From Chloroflexota bacterium (GTDB taxonomy: Bacteria > Chloroflexota > Dehalococcoidia > Bin125), in assembly GCA_026705025.1 (NCBI GenBank), contig JAPPBN010000046.1, forward strand, positions 74,060-138,059: a stretch of 64,000 bases of DNA. The letters are read 5' to 3'. How positions within the stretch are numbered: position 1 is the first letter of the stretch; each line of letters starts with the position of its first letter. A program made the translations under genes and the position numbers. Below are positions 17,343 through 26,455 of this stretch, one piece after another. Below the pieces are notes generated by a model. That model saw only the letters and a list, made by a program, of their open reading frames with translations, was not told the origin of the DNA and did no database searches.

Positions 17343-18458
17343 ATGAGCACTTCAGCTGACGCGCAACCGACGGTCGGCGTGCTGCCGGGGGACGACGCGG
17401 CGCCCGAGGCGGTGCATGCCTCGCTGGCGGTGCTGCAGGCGATGGAGTTGCCGATCGCGTTCGAGGTCCTGCCCGACGGCGCGGAGATGGCTCGGGAGAT
17501 GTCGCGCGAAGAGGGCGAGCAGCTGGTGATCGACACTGCCGAGCGCTGCGACACGGTGCTGTTCGGCTCGACCAATGGCCAGACGCCGGGCGTCGGCTAT
17601 TTCCGCTGGGGGCGCCAAACATACGCGAACGTGCGGCCGATCAAGTGGCGGCCCGGCTTCCGCTCGCCGATGGCCCGGCCGGAGGGCATCAACTACGTCA
17701 TCGTGCGCGAGAACCTGGAGGACCTGTACGCCGGAATTGAGGGTGATCTGTCGGAGGTCGCCGCTTCGGGTCTGGCCGACCGTCCGCGGTTCGGCGGCGT
17801 CTCGCGCACCCAGATTCCAGGGGGATTCGGCCACTTTGCCGAGGCCGACGGACGCTATGCGATCAAGTACTTCACCCGTGCCAACGTCGAGCGCGTGGCG
17901 CATTTCGCCTGCCGGCTGACGCAACAGCGCAAGGCGGAGGGGTTTGAGGGCAAGCTGACCTGCTCGGCCAAGTACAACGTGTTGTCGCGGACCGACGGCT
18001 GGTTCGTCGAGATCGCGGCCGAGGTCGCGTCGGGCTATCCCGATATCACCTTTGAGTCCTTCATCGCCGACGATTTCGCCCGTCGGATCGTGGCCTCGCC
18101 GCACGATCTTGATGTGGTGCTGCTGCCCAATCTGTACGGCGACATCTTCTCGGACGAGGGCGCGGGCACGATCGGCGGCCTGGGACTGGCGCCGTCGGGT
18201 TGTTTCGGGGAGGACTGGGCCTACTTCGAGTCGGTCCACGGGACCGCGCCGGACATCGCCGGGATGCACCAGATCAATCCGACGGCGACGATGCTCTCGG
18301 CCGTGATGATGCTGCACCATCTCGGTCAGCACGAGCGGGCGTCGGCGTTGGAGTCGGCGATTGACGCGGTCTACGAGGCCGGGGAGCGGCTGACGCCGGA
18401 CCAGGGCGGTTCGGCAAGCACCGAGGAGTTCGCGCAGGCTGTGATCGACGCGCTGTAG
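17343..18458 (+). CDS. Isocitrate/isopropylmalate dehydrogenase family protein (tartrate/3-isopropylmalate dehydrogenase-like)
   Basis: NLYGDIFSDEGAGTIGGLGLAPSG and YESVHGTAPDIAG motifs; probable start ATG 17343 (MSTSADAQPTVGVLPGDD). Confidence 0.8.
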   Translation: MSTSADAQPTVGVLPGDDAAPEAVHASLAVLQAMELPIAFEVLPDGAEMAREMSREEGEQLVIDTAERCDTVLFGSTNGQTPGVGYFRWGRQTYANVRPIKWRPGFRSPMARPEGINYVIVRENLEDLYAGIEGDLSEVAASGLADRPRFGGVSRTQIPGGFGHFAEADGRYAIKYFTRANVERVAHFACRLTQQRKAEGFEGKLTCSAKYNVLSRTDGWFVEIAAEVASGYPDITFESFIADDFARRIVASPHDLDVVLLPNLYGDIFSDEGAGTIGGLGLAPSGCFGEDWAYFESVHGTAPDIAGMHQINPTATMLSAVMMLHHLGQHERASALESAIDAVYEAGERLTPDQGGSASTEEFAQAVIDAL

Positions 18459-18476
18459 GTCAACTCTTGGTTGTCG

Positions 18477-18574
18477 TGGCGGGAGCGCATGGGAGTCGAA
18501 CCCACCCGAGACGGTGCGGACCGCCCCGCATCAGTTTTGAAGACTGTGGAAGACACCGGTCCCCTTCCGCTCCC
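18477..18574 (-). tRNA. selC: tRNA-Sec (selC), anticodon UCA
   Basis: The reverse complement gives GGGAGCGGAAGGGGACCGGUGUCUUCCACAGUCUUCAAAACUGAUGCGGGGCGGUCCGCACCGUCUCGGGUGGGUUCGACUCCCAUGCGCUCCCGCCA (98 nt). It has a 7/8-bp acceptor stem, a 6-bp D-stem with a 4-nt D-loop, the anticodon loop CUUCAAA (UCA), a long variable arm, a T-loop UUCGACU identical to E. coli selC, discriminator G and an encoded CCA. Confidence 0.8.
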
Positions 18575-18596
18575 GTGCCAGTGAGGTTAGCGGAGA

Positions 18597-19286
18597 CTAG
18601 CCCACGTAGAGGTCGATTGAGGCGGGGGCGATGGTGGACTCGAGGGCGGTGCGGAACTCGGCCCAGCGATCGTCGTAGTTGGAGCGGCGGAAGTTGGCGT
18701 GCAGGCTGGCGGTTCCGGCGTTCTGGGTGGATGAAGCGATCTTGAAGCCGCGCAGGTTAGTCCGTAGGAAGCTCAATAACTCTGCCTCGTGTTGGGTGTA
18801 GTCGGCCGAGGGCATGGTGATGATCAGGTCTCGGCTGCCCGCGGTCAGGCCTCTGAGGCCGGTCGAGCCGAAGATGCGCTGGCCGACCAGGACCAGTGCG
18901 ACGGCGGCGAAGAGGATGCCGATCAGCTCGTAGTTGTAGGTCGCGGCGCCGATTGACGAGGCGATGACCACCAGGAGGTAGCCGATTTCCGCCGGGTCCT
19001 TGATCGGCGTGCGGAAGCGGACAAACGAGAGCGCGCCGAGCAGGCCGAGCGAGAGCGGCAGCGACCATTGGATGGCGATGAAGAGCAGCGTGATCGCTGG
19101 TCCGGCGAGCAGGAAGACTCGGTGGATGCCGGCCCCGCGCTGCCAGTCGCGATAGAAGATGAGATAGAGCACATAGATCGCGATCGACGCGGCCAGCGAG
19201 ACGACCATCGCGAGCAGGTACTCCTCGAGCGCGATTTCCGAGGTCGGGCCGAGAATGTCGGGCCACTCGATCATGACAATGGGCAT
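18597..19286 (-). CDS. DUF4956 domain membrane protein
   Basis: Four N-terminal TM helices plus a C-terminal soluble region; sits in the typical position next to a VTC-domain gene. Confidence 0.55.
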   Translation of the reverse strand: MPIVMIEWPDILGPTSEIALEEYLLAMVVSLAASIAIYVLYLIFYRDWQRGAGIHRVFLLAGPAITLLFIAIQWSLPLSLGLLGALSFVRFRTPIKDPAEIGYLLVVIASSIGAATYNYELIGILFAAVALVLVGQRIFGSTGLRGLTAGSRDLIITMPSADYTQHEAELLSFLRTNLRGFKIASSTQNAGTASLHANFRRSNYDDRWAEFRTALESTIAPASIDLYVG

Positions 19287-19322
19287 CGGCTCCTCCAGGT
19301 GTGTCCAGGTGCGCGGGGCTGT

Positions 19323-20057
19323 TCAGCCGGCGCGGGCGGATTCGCCGCCGTAGAGCGTCTCGACGGCGAGCGCGTACTTCGAGTGGGCGGTGCGGCGGAG
19401 GCCGAGGCGTCCGAGGTGGGCAAGTTGCGTCGGCAGATCGCCGGTTGACTTGAGTTCGAGGACAGAGCCATTGGGAACGGGCAACCAGACCGGGGCTCCT
19501 CGCGGGTTTGACGTGCGGACGTCGGTGTCCAGTGATGCGCGGACTGAACCATCGGCGGATTGCCAGCGAATTCGTTGGTAGCGAATCAGGGCGGTGGGTA
19601 TGACTGTCGGCTCGAGGGGCAACGTGGCGACGCCGGTCAGGTCACGAAGGCGTCGTACGAGCTCGTCGCGCTCGGGGATGATCAGCCCGAGCTGATTGGG
19701 CACTCCGGTCGAGGGATAGCGAACGCGCTGCTTGGTTGAGCGAGCGCCGTCGCGCGACTTGAGTTCGAGCCAGACGCCGGCGTACGGGTCGACGGGATCG
19801 CCATACCAGCGCAGGCGCAGCTTCTGTTTGGCGAACTCGCCGTCGGCCGATTCCTGGTAGGAGTCGAGCTCGGGCGTGTCGTAGTAGCAGCTGGTAATGA
19901 CGCCGAGCGGATACTGGGAGTCGCGGGGCAGGCGGGCGTCGAGCCAGGCGGTCAACAGCGCGGCGCGGGCTGCCGGCAGCGGATACTTGCGTTCCTCCCG
20001 CGAATCCGCTTTCGTTATCTGGTTCCGAGTGTCCGGGCGACGTAAGGTGAGCGCCAT
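19323..20057 (-). CDS. VTC-domain (polyphosphate polymerase / CYTH-like domain) protein
   Basis: 244 aa with conserved basic/acidic blocks (RLRWYG...WLELKSR...LELKSTG) typical of bacterial VTC-domain proteins found adjacent to DUF4956 and CotH genes. Confidence 0.6.
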   Translation of the reverse strand: MALTLRRPDTRNQITKADSREERKYPLPAARAALLTAWLDARLPRDSQYPLGVITSCYYDTPELDSYQESADGEFAKQKLRLRWYGDPVDPYAGVWLELKSRDGARSTKQRVRYPSTGVPNQLGLIIPERDELVRRLRDLTGVATLPLEPTVIPTALIRYQRIRWQSADGSVRASLDTDVRTSNPRGAPVWLPVPNGSVLELKSTGDLPTQLAHLGRLGLRRTAHSKYALAVETLYGGESARAG

Positions 20058-20108
20058 GCCGATATGCTATCCCGTCGTTGACGCGGCTCAAGAGGCCCCG
20101 GAGGCGCG

Positions 20109-21509
20109 ATGAACAAGCGGTCGGCGCTGGCGCTTGTCCTGGCGGTCGCGGTGATCGTTGCCGGCGTGGTCATTGCGACCACCGGTGACGCCTCGGCTCC
20201 GCGGGTGCCGTCGAGGGCGGCGGAGACCACGATTGGCGTCGATCAACAGCGCAGCGATCCGTTCAACATCGTCTTTGACCTGAACACGGTTCGGGTCTAC
20301 GACATCCAGCTCGGCGAAGCCGAGCAGGCCAAGCTGGACGCCAACCCGACCGCTGAGCAGTACGTCGAGGGCGCGGTGGTCATCGACGGCAAGCGCTACG
20401 GGCCGATCGGCGTGCGGTACAAGGGTTTCTTCGGGGTGCTGCGGCAGTGCTTCTTCACCGGCGTGAACACCTGCGACAAGCTGGCCTGGAAGCTGAAGTT
20501 CAACCACTATGAGCCGTCGCTGCGCTATCACGGTCTGAAGCGGCTCAACTTCCACCAGATGAACAGCGACGAAGCGCAGATGCGCGAGGTGTTGACCTAC
20601 CAGGTCTTCCGCGACGCCGGCGTGCCTGCGCCGCGCTCGGTCTTCGCGCTATTGCGCCTCAACGGCGAGCCGCTGGGCTTCTACACGCTGACGGAGGATA
20701 TCGACGATCGCTTCATTGCCGATCGTTTCCGCGACGGTGGGCGCGGCGTGCTCTACAAGGAGATCTGGCCGGGCAACATCGAGCGGCTGCCGGCCTTCAG
20801 CGAGACCATCGAGGGGGCGATCGCGCGCGGCCCCGAGGATCCGTCGGGCCTGCGCGAGTTCTCGGCAGCGCTGACCGAAGCGGAGCAGTCGGATGATTCA
20901 GCCGCGAGGGTATTCGTCGTGCTGGAGGACTACATCCAGGATCTGGATGCGCTCTACGGCTACTTGGCAGCGGATCGGCTGACCGACAACTGGGACGGGA
21001 TCGTGGCCTGGTACTGCGTGCCGGTCTGCGGCAATCACAACTTTTTCTGGTACGAGGATGCGCTTTCTGGTGAGTTCAGCCTGATTCCCTGGGACGTTGA
21101 GAACAGCTGGCGCTCGCCCAGCCCGATCCGGACGTACTACGAGATGCCCGACTGGGATGAAACGGAACGCAGTTGCCGGTTGCGCAAGGTGTTCTGGGAC
21201 ATCGATGCGCGAGCGCCTCACTGCAACCCCGTGATCCACGCGCTGGCGACGCAGGGCTGGGAACGATACATCGAGGCGTCGCGCGAGCTGATGGAACACG
21301 TTGTCACGCTGGACGAGATGCACGCCAGGGTCGATGCGATCACCGAACTGATTGAGCCGCACGTGCTGGCCGACGAGAACGGTCCAGGCGAGATCCAGTG
21401 GCGAGCGGCGGTGCGGCTGCTGCATGACGAGATCGACGACCGCTGGCGGTACATTGCCGACAAGATTGCGGCCTGGGACGCGACGGGAGAGGTTCCGGGA
21501 GATGGCTGA
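20109..21509 (+). CDS. CotH kinase family protein (secreted)
   Basis: N-terminal signal/TM; the size and motif spacing of spore-coat-protein-H-like atypical kinases; conserved VTC-DUF4956-CotH neighbourhood. Confidence 0.6.
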   Translation: MNKRSALALVLAVAVIVAGVVIATTGDASAPRVPSRAAETTIGVDQQRSDPFNIVFDLNTVRVYDIQLGEAEQAKLDANPTAEQYVEGAVVIDGKRYGPIGVRYKGFFGVLRQCFFTGVNTCDKLAWKLKFNHYEPSLRYHGLKRLNFHQMNSDEAQMREVLTYQVFRDAGVPAPRSVFALLRLNGEPLGFYTLTEDIDDRFIADRFRDGGRGVLYKEIWPGNIERLPAFSETIEGAIARGPEDPSGLREFSAALTEAEQSDDSAARVFVVLEDYIQDLDALYGYLAADRLTDNWDGIVAWYCVPVCGNHNFFWYEDALSGEFSLIPWDVENSWRSPSPIRTYYEMPDWDETERSCRLRKVFWDIDARAPHCNPVIHALATQGWERYIEASRELMEHVVTLDEMHARVDAITELIEPHVLADENGPGEIQWRAAVRLLHDEIDDRWRYIADKIAAWDATGEVPGDG

Positions 21510-23085
21510 TCTGATCCTGCGGGGAGGAAGCGTCGTCGATGGTACGGGGGCAGCGGCGTTCGACGCCGATGTGGCGGTCGACGGAGAGCGAATATCTGCC
21601 GTGGGCGATCTTTCCGGCATGTCGGCGCAGCGGGAGATCGACGCGACCGGCCTGACGGTCTCGCCCGGCTTTATCGACACCCACGCACATTCGGATGGTG
21701 TGCTCTTGCGTGATCCGGTCCATGCGCATGGATTGCTGCAAGGCGTGACGACGGAGTTCATCACGCAGGACGGGCTCTCGTATGCGCTGCTCTCAGCCGG
21801 GAATCTCGATTCCTACGGCCGATACATCGCGGGACTGTACGGTCCGCCGCCGGTCGGTCTGGACATGTCGACGATGGCGGCGTTTCGCTCGCACTATGAG
21901 GGCAAGGGCTGCAACGTCGCCGTGCAGGCCCCGCATGGTCCGGTGCGCCTGGAGAGCGTCGGCTTTGAGGACGTGCCGCTTGAGGGTGAGGGGCTCGCCA
22001 GGGCGGAGCGGATGGTCGCCGAAGCAATGGAGCAGGGCGCGACCGGGTTTTCGACCGGGCTATCCTACTACCCCAACTCCTACTCGGACACCGACGAGTT
22101 GGTTGCACTGAACAGGGTCGTCGCTCGCTATGACGGCGTCTACGTGACGCACATCCGCAACCACAACGACGACCGCGCGCCCGATGGCTCCGGCATCGTC
22201 GAGGCGATGAACATTGGCCGCCGCAGCGGGGTCAAGGTGCACATCTCGCACTACCGCACGTTCCCGAGCAACGCCGGTGACATCGATTCGATCATGTCGG
22301 AAGTCGACCGGGCCAAGGCCGACGGCGTCGATGTGACGCTCGAGTGTTACCCCTACGCCGCAGCGGCGACGGTGCCGGGCTACTTCCTGCGTGGCGAGTA
22401 CCACGTGGGCGGGATCGATCGGTTGCTGGAGCGTCTGGGCGACCCGGCCTGGCATGACCGGTTGGTTGATTCACTCGAGAATTTGTTCCCCGGTCGCAAC
22501 GACGCCGCTACGTTCACCTGGATTGGGGCGGGTCACCTCAAGCATCTGGAAGGTCTGTCGTTCGCCGACGCCGCTGCGCGGATGGACATGTCGGTCTCGG
22601 ACCTGACCCTGATGGTGATGCGCGAGTCGGGGTTGCAGTGCGGCTTCCGCGACGCCATGCCGGCCAGTCCGTCGGTCGCGCGGCAGGTCGAAGCGGACGT
22701 GATCGCCCTGCTGTCGCGCGACGACTACATGGTCGGCTCGGACGGGATCCCGTTCGACGAGGGCATCCCCCATCCACGCGCGTATGGAACGTTTCCGCGG
22801 ATTGTCGGTCGCTTGCGTCGGCGGACGGGCGTTTCGCTCGAACACCTGGTGCGGGGGATGACGTCGCTGCCGGCGAGCCGATTCGGGCTGGCCGATCGAG
22901 GCGTGGTCACGGAAGGATGGTTCGCCGATCTGGTCGTGTTCGACGCGGATTCGGTGATCGATACGGCCGACTTCAACGATCCTCGAACGCCGCCGGCGGG
23001 GATTCCATACGTGGTTGTGAATGGGCAGATTGCAGTTGATCGCGGAAGGCCAACGGGTGTATTGGCTGGCCGGTCGGTGCCCTGA
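21502..23085 (+). CDS. N-acyl-D-amino-acid deacylase (D-aminoacylase) family amidohydrolase
   Basis: MADLILRGGSVVDGTG...ERISAVGDL...GFIDTHAH...YVTHIRN...KVHISHY: classic D-aminoacylase motifs. The ATG at 21502 overlaps the cotH stop. Confidence 0.75.
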   Translation: MADLILRGGSVVDGTGAAAFDADVAVDGERISAVGDLSGMSAQREIDATGLTVSPGFIDTHAHSDGVLLRDPVHAHGLLQGVTTEFITQDGLSYALLSAGNLDSYGRYIAGLYGPPPVGLDMSTMAAFRSHYEGKGCNVAVQAPHGPVRLESVGFEDVPLEGEGLARAERMVAEAMEQGATGFSTGLSYYPNSYSDTDELVALNRVVARYDGVYVTHIRNHNDDRAPDGSGIVEAMNIGRRSGVKVHISHYRTFPSNAGDIDSIMSEVDRAKADGVDVTLECYPYAAAATVPGYFLRGEYHVGGIDRLLERLGDPAWHDRLVDSLENLFPGRNDAATFTWIGAGHLKHLEGLSFADAAARMDMSVSDLTLMVMRESGLQCGFRDAMPASPSVARQVEADVIALLSRDDYMVGSDGIPFDEGIPHPRAYGTFPRIVGRLRRRTGVSLEHLVRGMTSLPASRFGLADRGVVTEGWFADLVVFDADSVIDTADFNDPRTPPAGIPYVVVNGQIAVDRGRPTGVLAGRSVP

Positions 23086-23086
23086 T

Positions 23087-24331
23087 CTACTCGACGACGC
23101 CGTCGACGATGAGTTGCTGGAACTCTTCCTCGCTGTAGCCGCAGAGCTCCCGATAGACGTACTCGGAGTCCTCGCCGAGCAGGGGAGACGGCGCCGGCAT
23201 GGGCGGCGGTGTCTCGCTGAGGCGCCAGGCGGGACTCTCGTAGGACATCTCGCCGATCACGGCATGGTCACTGGTCCACCAGTGGTTGCGATGCGCGAGC
23301 TGCGGGTCTTCGTGCGCGTCGCGCACATTTGAGGCTCGGTGCGCCGGCACGCCGACTGCCTGGAGCAGTTGTTCGACCTCGGCGACTGTCTGCGTCGATG
23401 TCCAGCGGCTGATGCCCTCGTCGAGGTCGTCCTGGGCGGACAGACGACCGGTCGCGTCACAGAGTTGCTCGGACTCGAGCCAATCCTGACGGTCCATGAT
23501 CAGCGCCAGGCGACGCCACTGGTCGTCGTTGGTGACGGCGATCGCGACCCAGCGGTCGCCGCCGGTGTGGTCGTCGGCGCAGGGATAGACCCCGTGCGGC
23601 GCATGCCGGAGATCGCGGTTGCCGAGCGGTTGGGCAATGCGTCCGGTGTTGGCGGCATCCATGACACCCGCGTCGAGGACCAGCGTCGAGGCTTCCAGCT
23701 GGGAGAGATCCACGTACTGACCCTCACCGGTGCGGCGGCGATGATCGAGCGCGGCCAGGATTCCGATGATCGCAACGTGCGTCGCGACCCAGTCGGTGTA
23801 GGCGACCCCCGTGCCGACCGGTGGCCGGTCGGGCCAGCCCGTGACGCCGGTGACGCCGGCTGTCGCTTGCAGCGTGAGCCCGAAGCCGCGGAACTTCGCG
23901 TGGGGACCGGTCTGGCCTTCCATCGACATGGAACACATGATCGCGTCGGGCTTGATCTTGCGGACCTCGTCGTAGCTCAGCCCTATGCGCTCCATGAAGC
24001 CTGGCGCGAAGGACTCGGTCACGATGTCGGCACTCGCGATCAGTCGCCTGGCTACCTCGGCGCCACGGGGATGAGCAAGATTGATCGCGACCGAGCGTTT
24101 GCCCCGATTGAACTTGGCGAAGTAAGCGGAGGCGTCGAGCGAGCCGTCACCGTCGGGTCGCGGGCCGCTGGAGCGGAACGTGTCAGGCCGGTGCGAGGAC
24201 TCGACCCGGATCACCTCTGCGCCATGGAAGGCCATCTGCATGGTCGCGTTCGGCCCGACACCGACCCAGGCGAAGTCGGCAATCCGGATGCCGTTGAAGA
24301 CGTGTGCGCCGGGAACTTCGCTGCTGGTCAT
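23087..24331 (-). CDS. CoA-transferase family III (CaiB/BaiF) protein
   Basis: GIRIADFAWVGVGP...RVES, followed by an Asp-containing active-site region; likely start MTSSEV at 24331. Confidence 0.75.
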   Translation of the reverse strand: MTSSEVPGAHVFNGIRIADFAWVGVGPNATMQMAFHGAEVIRVESSHRPDTFRSSGPRPDGDGSLDASAYFAKFNRGKRSVAINLAHPRGAEVARRLIASADIVTESFAPGFMERIGLSYDEVRKIKPDAIMCSMSMEGQTGPHAKFRGFGLTLQATAGVTGVTGWPDRPPVGTGVAYTDWVATHVAIIGILAALDHRRRTGEGQYVDLSQLEASTLVLDAGVMDAANTGRIAQPLGNRDLRHAPHGVYPCADDHTGGDRWVAIAVTNDDQWRRLALIMDRQDWLESEQLCDATGRLSAQDDLDEGISRWTSTQTVAEVEQLLQAVGVPAHRASNVRDAHEDPQLAHRNHWWTSDHAVIGEMSYESPAWRLSETPPPMPAPSPLLGEDSEYVYRELCGYSEEEFQQLIVDGVVE

Positions 24332-24344
24332 CAGGTTGTCGAAC

Positions 24345-25136
24345 CTAGCGCCGCTGGAACTGAGGGTCGCGCTTCTCGACGAACGAGCGCGCGCCCTCAC
24401 CCGCATCAAGTGAGCCGCGCAGCCAGGATTGGTAGAGCTCTTCCAGCTGTGCCTGCTGGGTCGCGTCGTTGTTCAGCGCGGCATAGATCGCGCGCTTGGT
24501 CAACCCGACCGCGAACGGCGCCATGCTTGCGAGTCGATCGGCAAAGGCGAACGTCTCGGTCATCAGGTCGTCGTGCGGGATCACACGGTTGGCGAGTCCG
24601 ATCGCGACGGCTTGTTGAGCGTCAATCGGGTCGGAGGTCCAGAACAATTCCATCGCCTTCGCGTGCCCGACGAGGCGGGTCATCGTCCACGAGGCGGCCC
24701 AATCGGGACCGAGTCCGATCTTGAGGAAGCCGGGGTGGATGCGGGCGCGGTCGGACATCAGGCGAATGTCGCAGGCGAGAGCGATCGCCATGCCGGCGCC
24801 GGCGGCCGCGCCATTGACCGCGGCGATCACGGGAATCTCGAGCTGTTGCAGCTCGGCTGCGAAACCGTAGCGCAGATCGGTCGATGTCAGGCCGGGCTCG
24901 TTCTCGGCGGCAACGCGCTCGTCGCGGTTGGAAAGGTCGGCGCCGGAGCAGAAGCCGCGCCCGGCGCCCGTGATCACCAGGACGCGCGCATCCTGGTCGC
25001 CGCGCAGGTCTGCTGCCATCTCGCGCAGTCCAGTGCGGATCCTGGGCGAGAGCGCATTGAGCACTTCCGGTCGATTCAGCGTCGCCACGACGACGCCGTT
25101 GTCGCGTTGTTCAATCAGCAGATGATCATCACTCAT
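24345..25136 (-). CDS. Enoyl-CoA hydratase/isomerase family protein
   Basis: VATLNRPEVLNAL...VLVITGAGRGFCSGADL...AAVNGAAAGAGMAIALACD crotonase signatures. Confidence 0.8.
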   Translation of the reverse strand: MSDDHLLIEQRDNGVVVATLNRPEVLNALSPRIRTGLREMAADLRGDQDARVLVITGAGRGFCSGADLSNRDERVAAENEPGLTSTDLRYGFAAELQQLEIPVIAAVNGAAAGAGMAIALACDIRLMSDRARIHPGFLKIGLGPDWAASWTMTRLVGHAKAMELFWTSDPIDAQQAVAIGLANRVIPHDDLMTETFAFADRLASMAPFAVGLTKRAIYAALNNDATQQAQLEELYQSWLRGSLDAGEGARSFVEKRDPQFQRR

Positions 25137-25139
25137 GGG

Positions 25140-26348
25140 TCAGTCTCCGATTGGTTGGGCCTGTGTACGGTCTTCCAGTACCTCAAGGCTGTGCTGTCCC
25201 GGCATGGGCGCCGGTCGGGTGCGCCATGGCGTCGCCGACATCTTCAGCGGCGCGCCCGGGACTGTGAGTCGCCCGAGCGCGGGGTCGTCGACTTCAGCGA
25301 AGAAGGCGCGAGCATTGAGCTGAGGGCTGTCGACGATGTCCTGCATGGTGTTGACGGGGCAGATCATCACGTTGAAGTGTTGTCCCGACTCGTACAGCGC
25401 CTGCGCTCCGTGCGCGGCAAAGAACTCTTCGATCTCTGCTTCCAGCTCGGCGATTTCATCTTCAGTCGGCAGCGTGTTCCCCGCGATCGCGAAGCTGGCC
25501 CATCTCTCTGCATCGAACCGCGGTTCGGCGCCTTCTGCGGTCATCCATTTGTGCAGGCGGATCATCGAAGCTGGAACCCGGACGAAGGCGACGTAGCCGT
25601 CGGCGCAGGGATAGATGATCCGCGTCGCGCTGTCGGCGAAGGCGCGTGCGCCGCCGGCGCGTTCGGTGATGATTCCATCCATCTCGTAGTAGAGCCGGGC
25701 GTTACCGAGGGTGTTGGCCATAGCAGCCTGCATCGAGACATCGACGTGTTGGCCGCGGCCGGTCAGGTGTCGGGCGTGGAGGGCGATCATCGCGGCCGAG
25801 CCGGCACTAAGAGCGGTGATGTTGTAGGCCTGTTCGACGGAGGGCCGCAGCGGGGCACGGTCAGGGTCGCCGACGAGTGAACTGAGACCGCCGGAGACGT
25901 GGCCGATCAAGTCGGAGGCGGCCCACATCGATTTTGGCCCGCTCTGTCCGAACGGGGTGATCGAGATGTAGATGAGCTGCGGCGCGCGGTCACGCAGGTC
26001 TTCGAATCCGAGGCCGAGCGCCGGCATGTTGCCGGGCGCATCCGACTCAAACAGGAAATCGGCAGTCTCGCACAGGCCGCGCAGGCGTTCACGGTCGGCC
26101 TCATCCTCAAGGTCGAGTGTGATCGACCGTTTGCCGGCGTTCATCTGGGCCCAGTAGAGGGATGAGGTTGTGTCTTCCCGCAGCATCGGACCGCGTTGTC
26201 TGGTTGGATGGCCGGCGGGCGGCTCGACACGGATGACGTCGGCGCCAAGACCGGCCAGCACCACGCTCGAGAGCGCGCCGATATCGGCGGTCAGGTCAAT
26301 GACTCGGTAGGGACCGAGCGCACCGTTCGTAGTCTGAGACATAGTCAA
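25140..26348 (-). CDS. CoA-transferase family III (CaiB/BaiF) protein
   Basis: YRVIDLTADIGALSSVVLAGLGADVIRVEPP family III N-terminal motif. Confidence 0.75.
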   Translation of the reverse strand: MTMSQTTNGALGPYRVIDLTADIGALSSVVLAGLGADVIRVEPPAGHPTRQRGPMLREDTTSSLYWAQMNAGKRSITLDLEDEADRERLRGLCETADFLFESDAPGNMPALGLGFEDLRDRAPQLIYISITPFGQSGPKSMWAASDLIGHVSGGLSSLVGDPDRAPLRPSVEQAYNITALSAGSAAMIALHARHLTGRGQHVDVSMQAAMANTLGNARLYYEMDGIITERAGGARAFADSATRIIYPCADGYVAFVRVPASMIRLHKWMTAEGAEPRFDAERWASFAIAGNTLPTEDEIAELEAEIEEFFAAHGAQALYESGQHFNVMICPVNTMQDIVDSPQLNARAFFAEVDDPALGRLTVPGAPLKMSATPWRTRPAPMPGQHSLEVLEDRTQAQPIGD

Positions 26349-26455
26349 TACAGTACGACAGACAGTACGGCAGGTAGTGCCGTCGAGATTCCGTGTATCT
26401 TCTTCTTTTCTGACGGGCGAGTCGGCAACAGCGCCGCAGTTGAACGGAACAGGTT

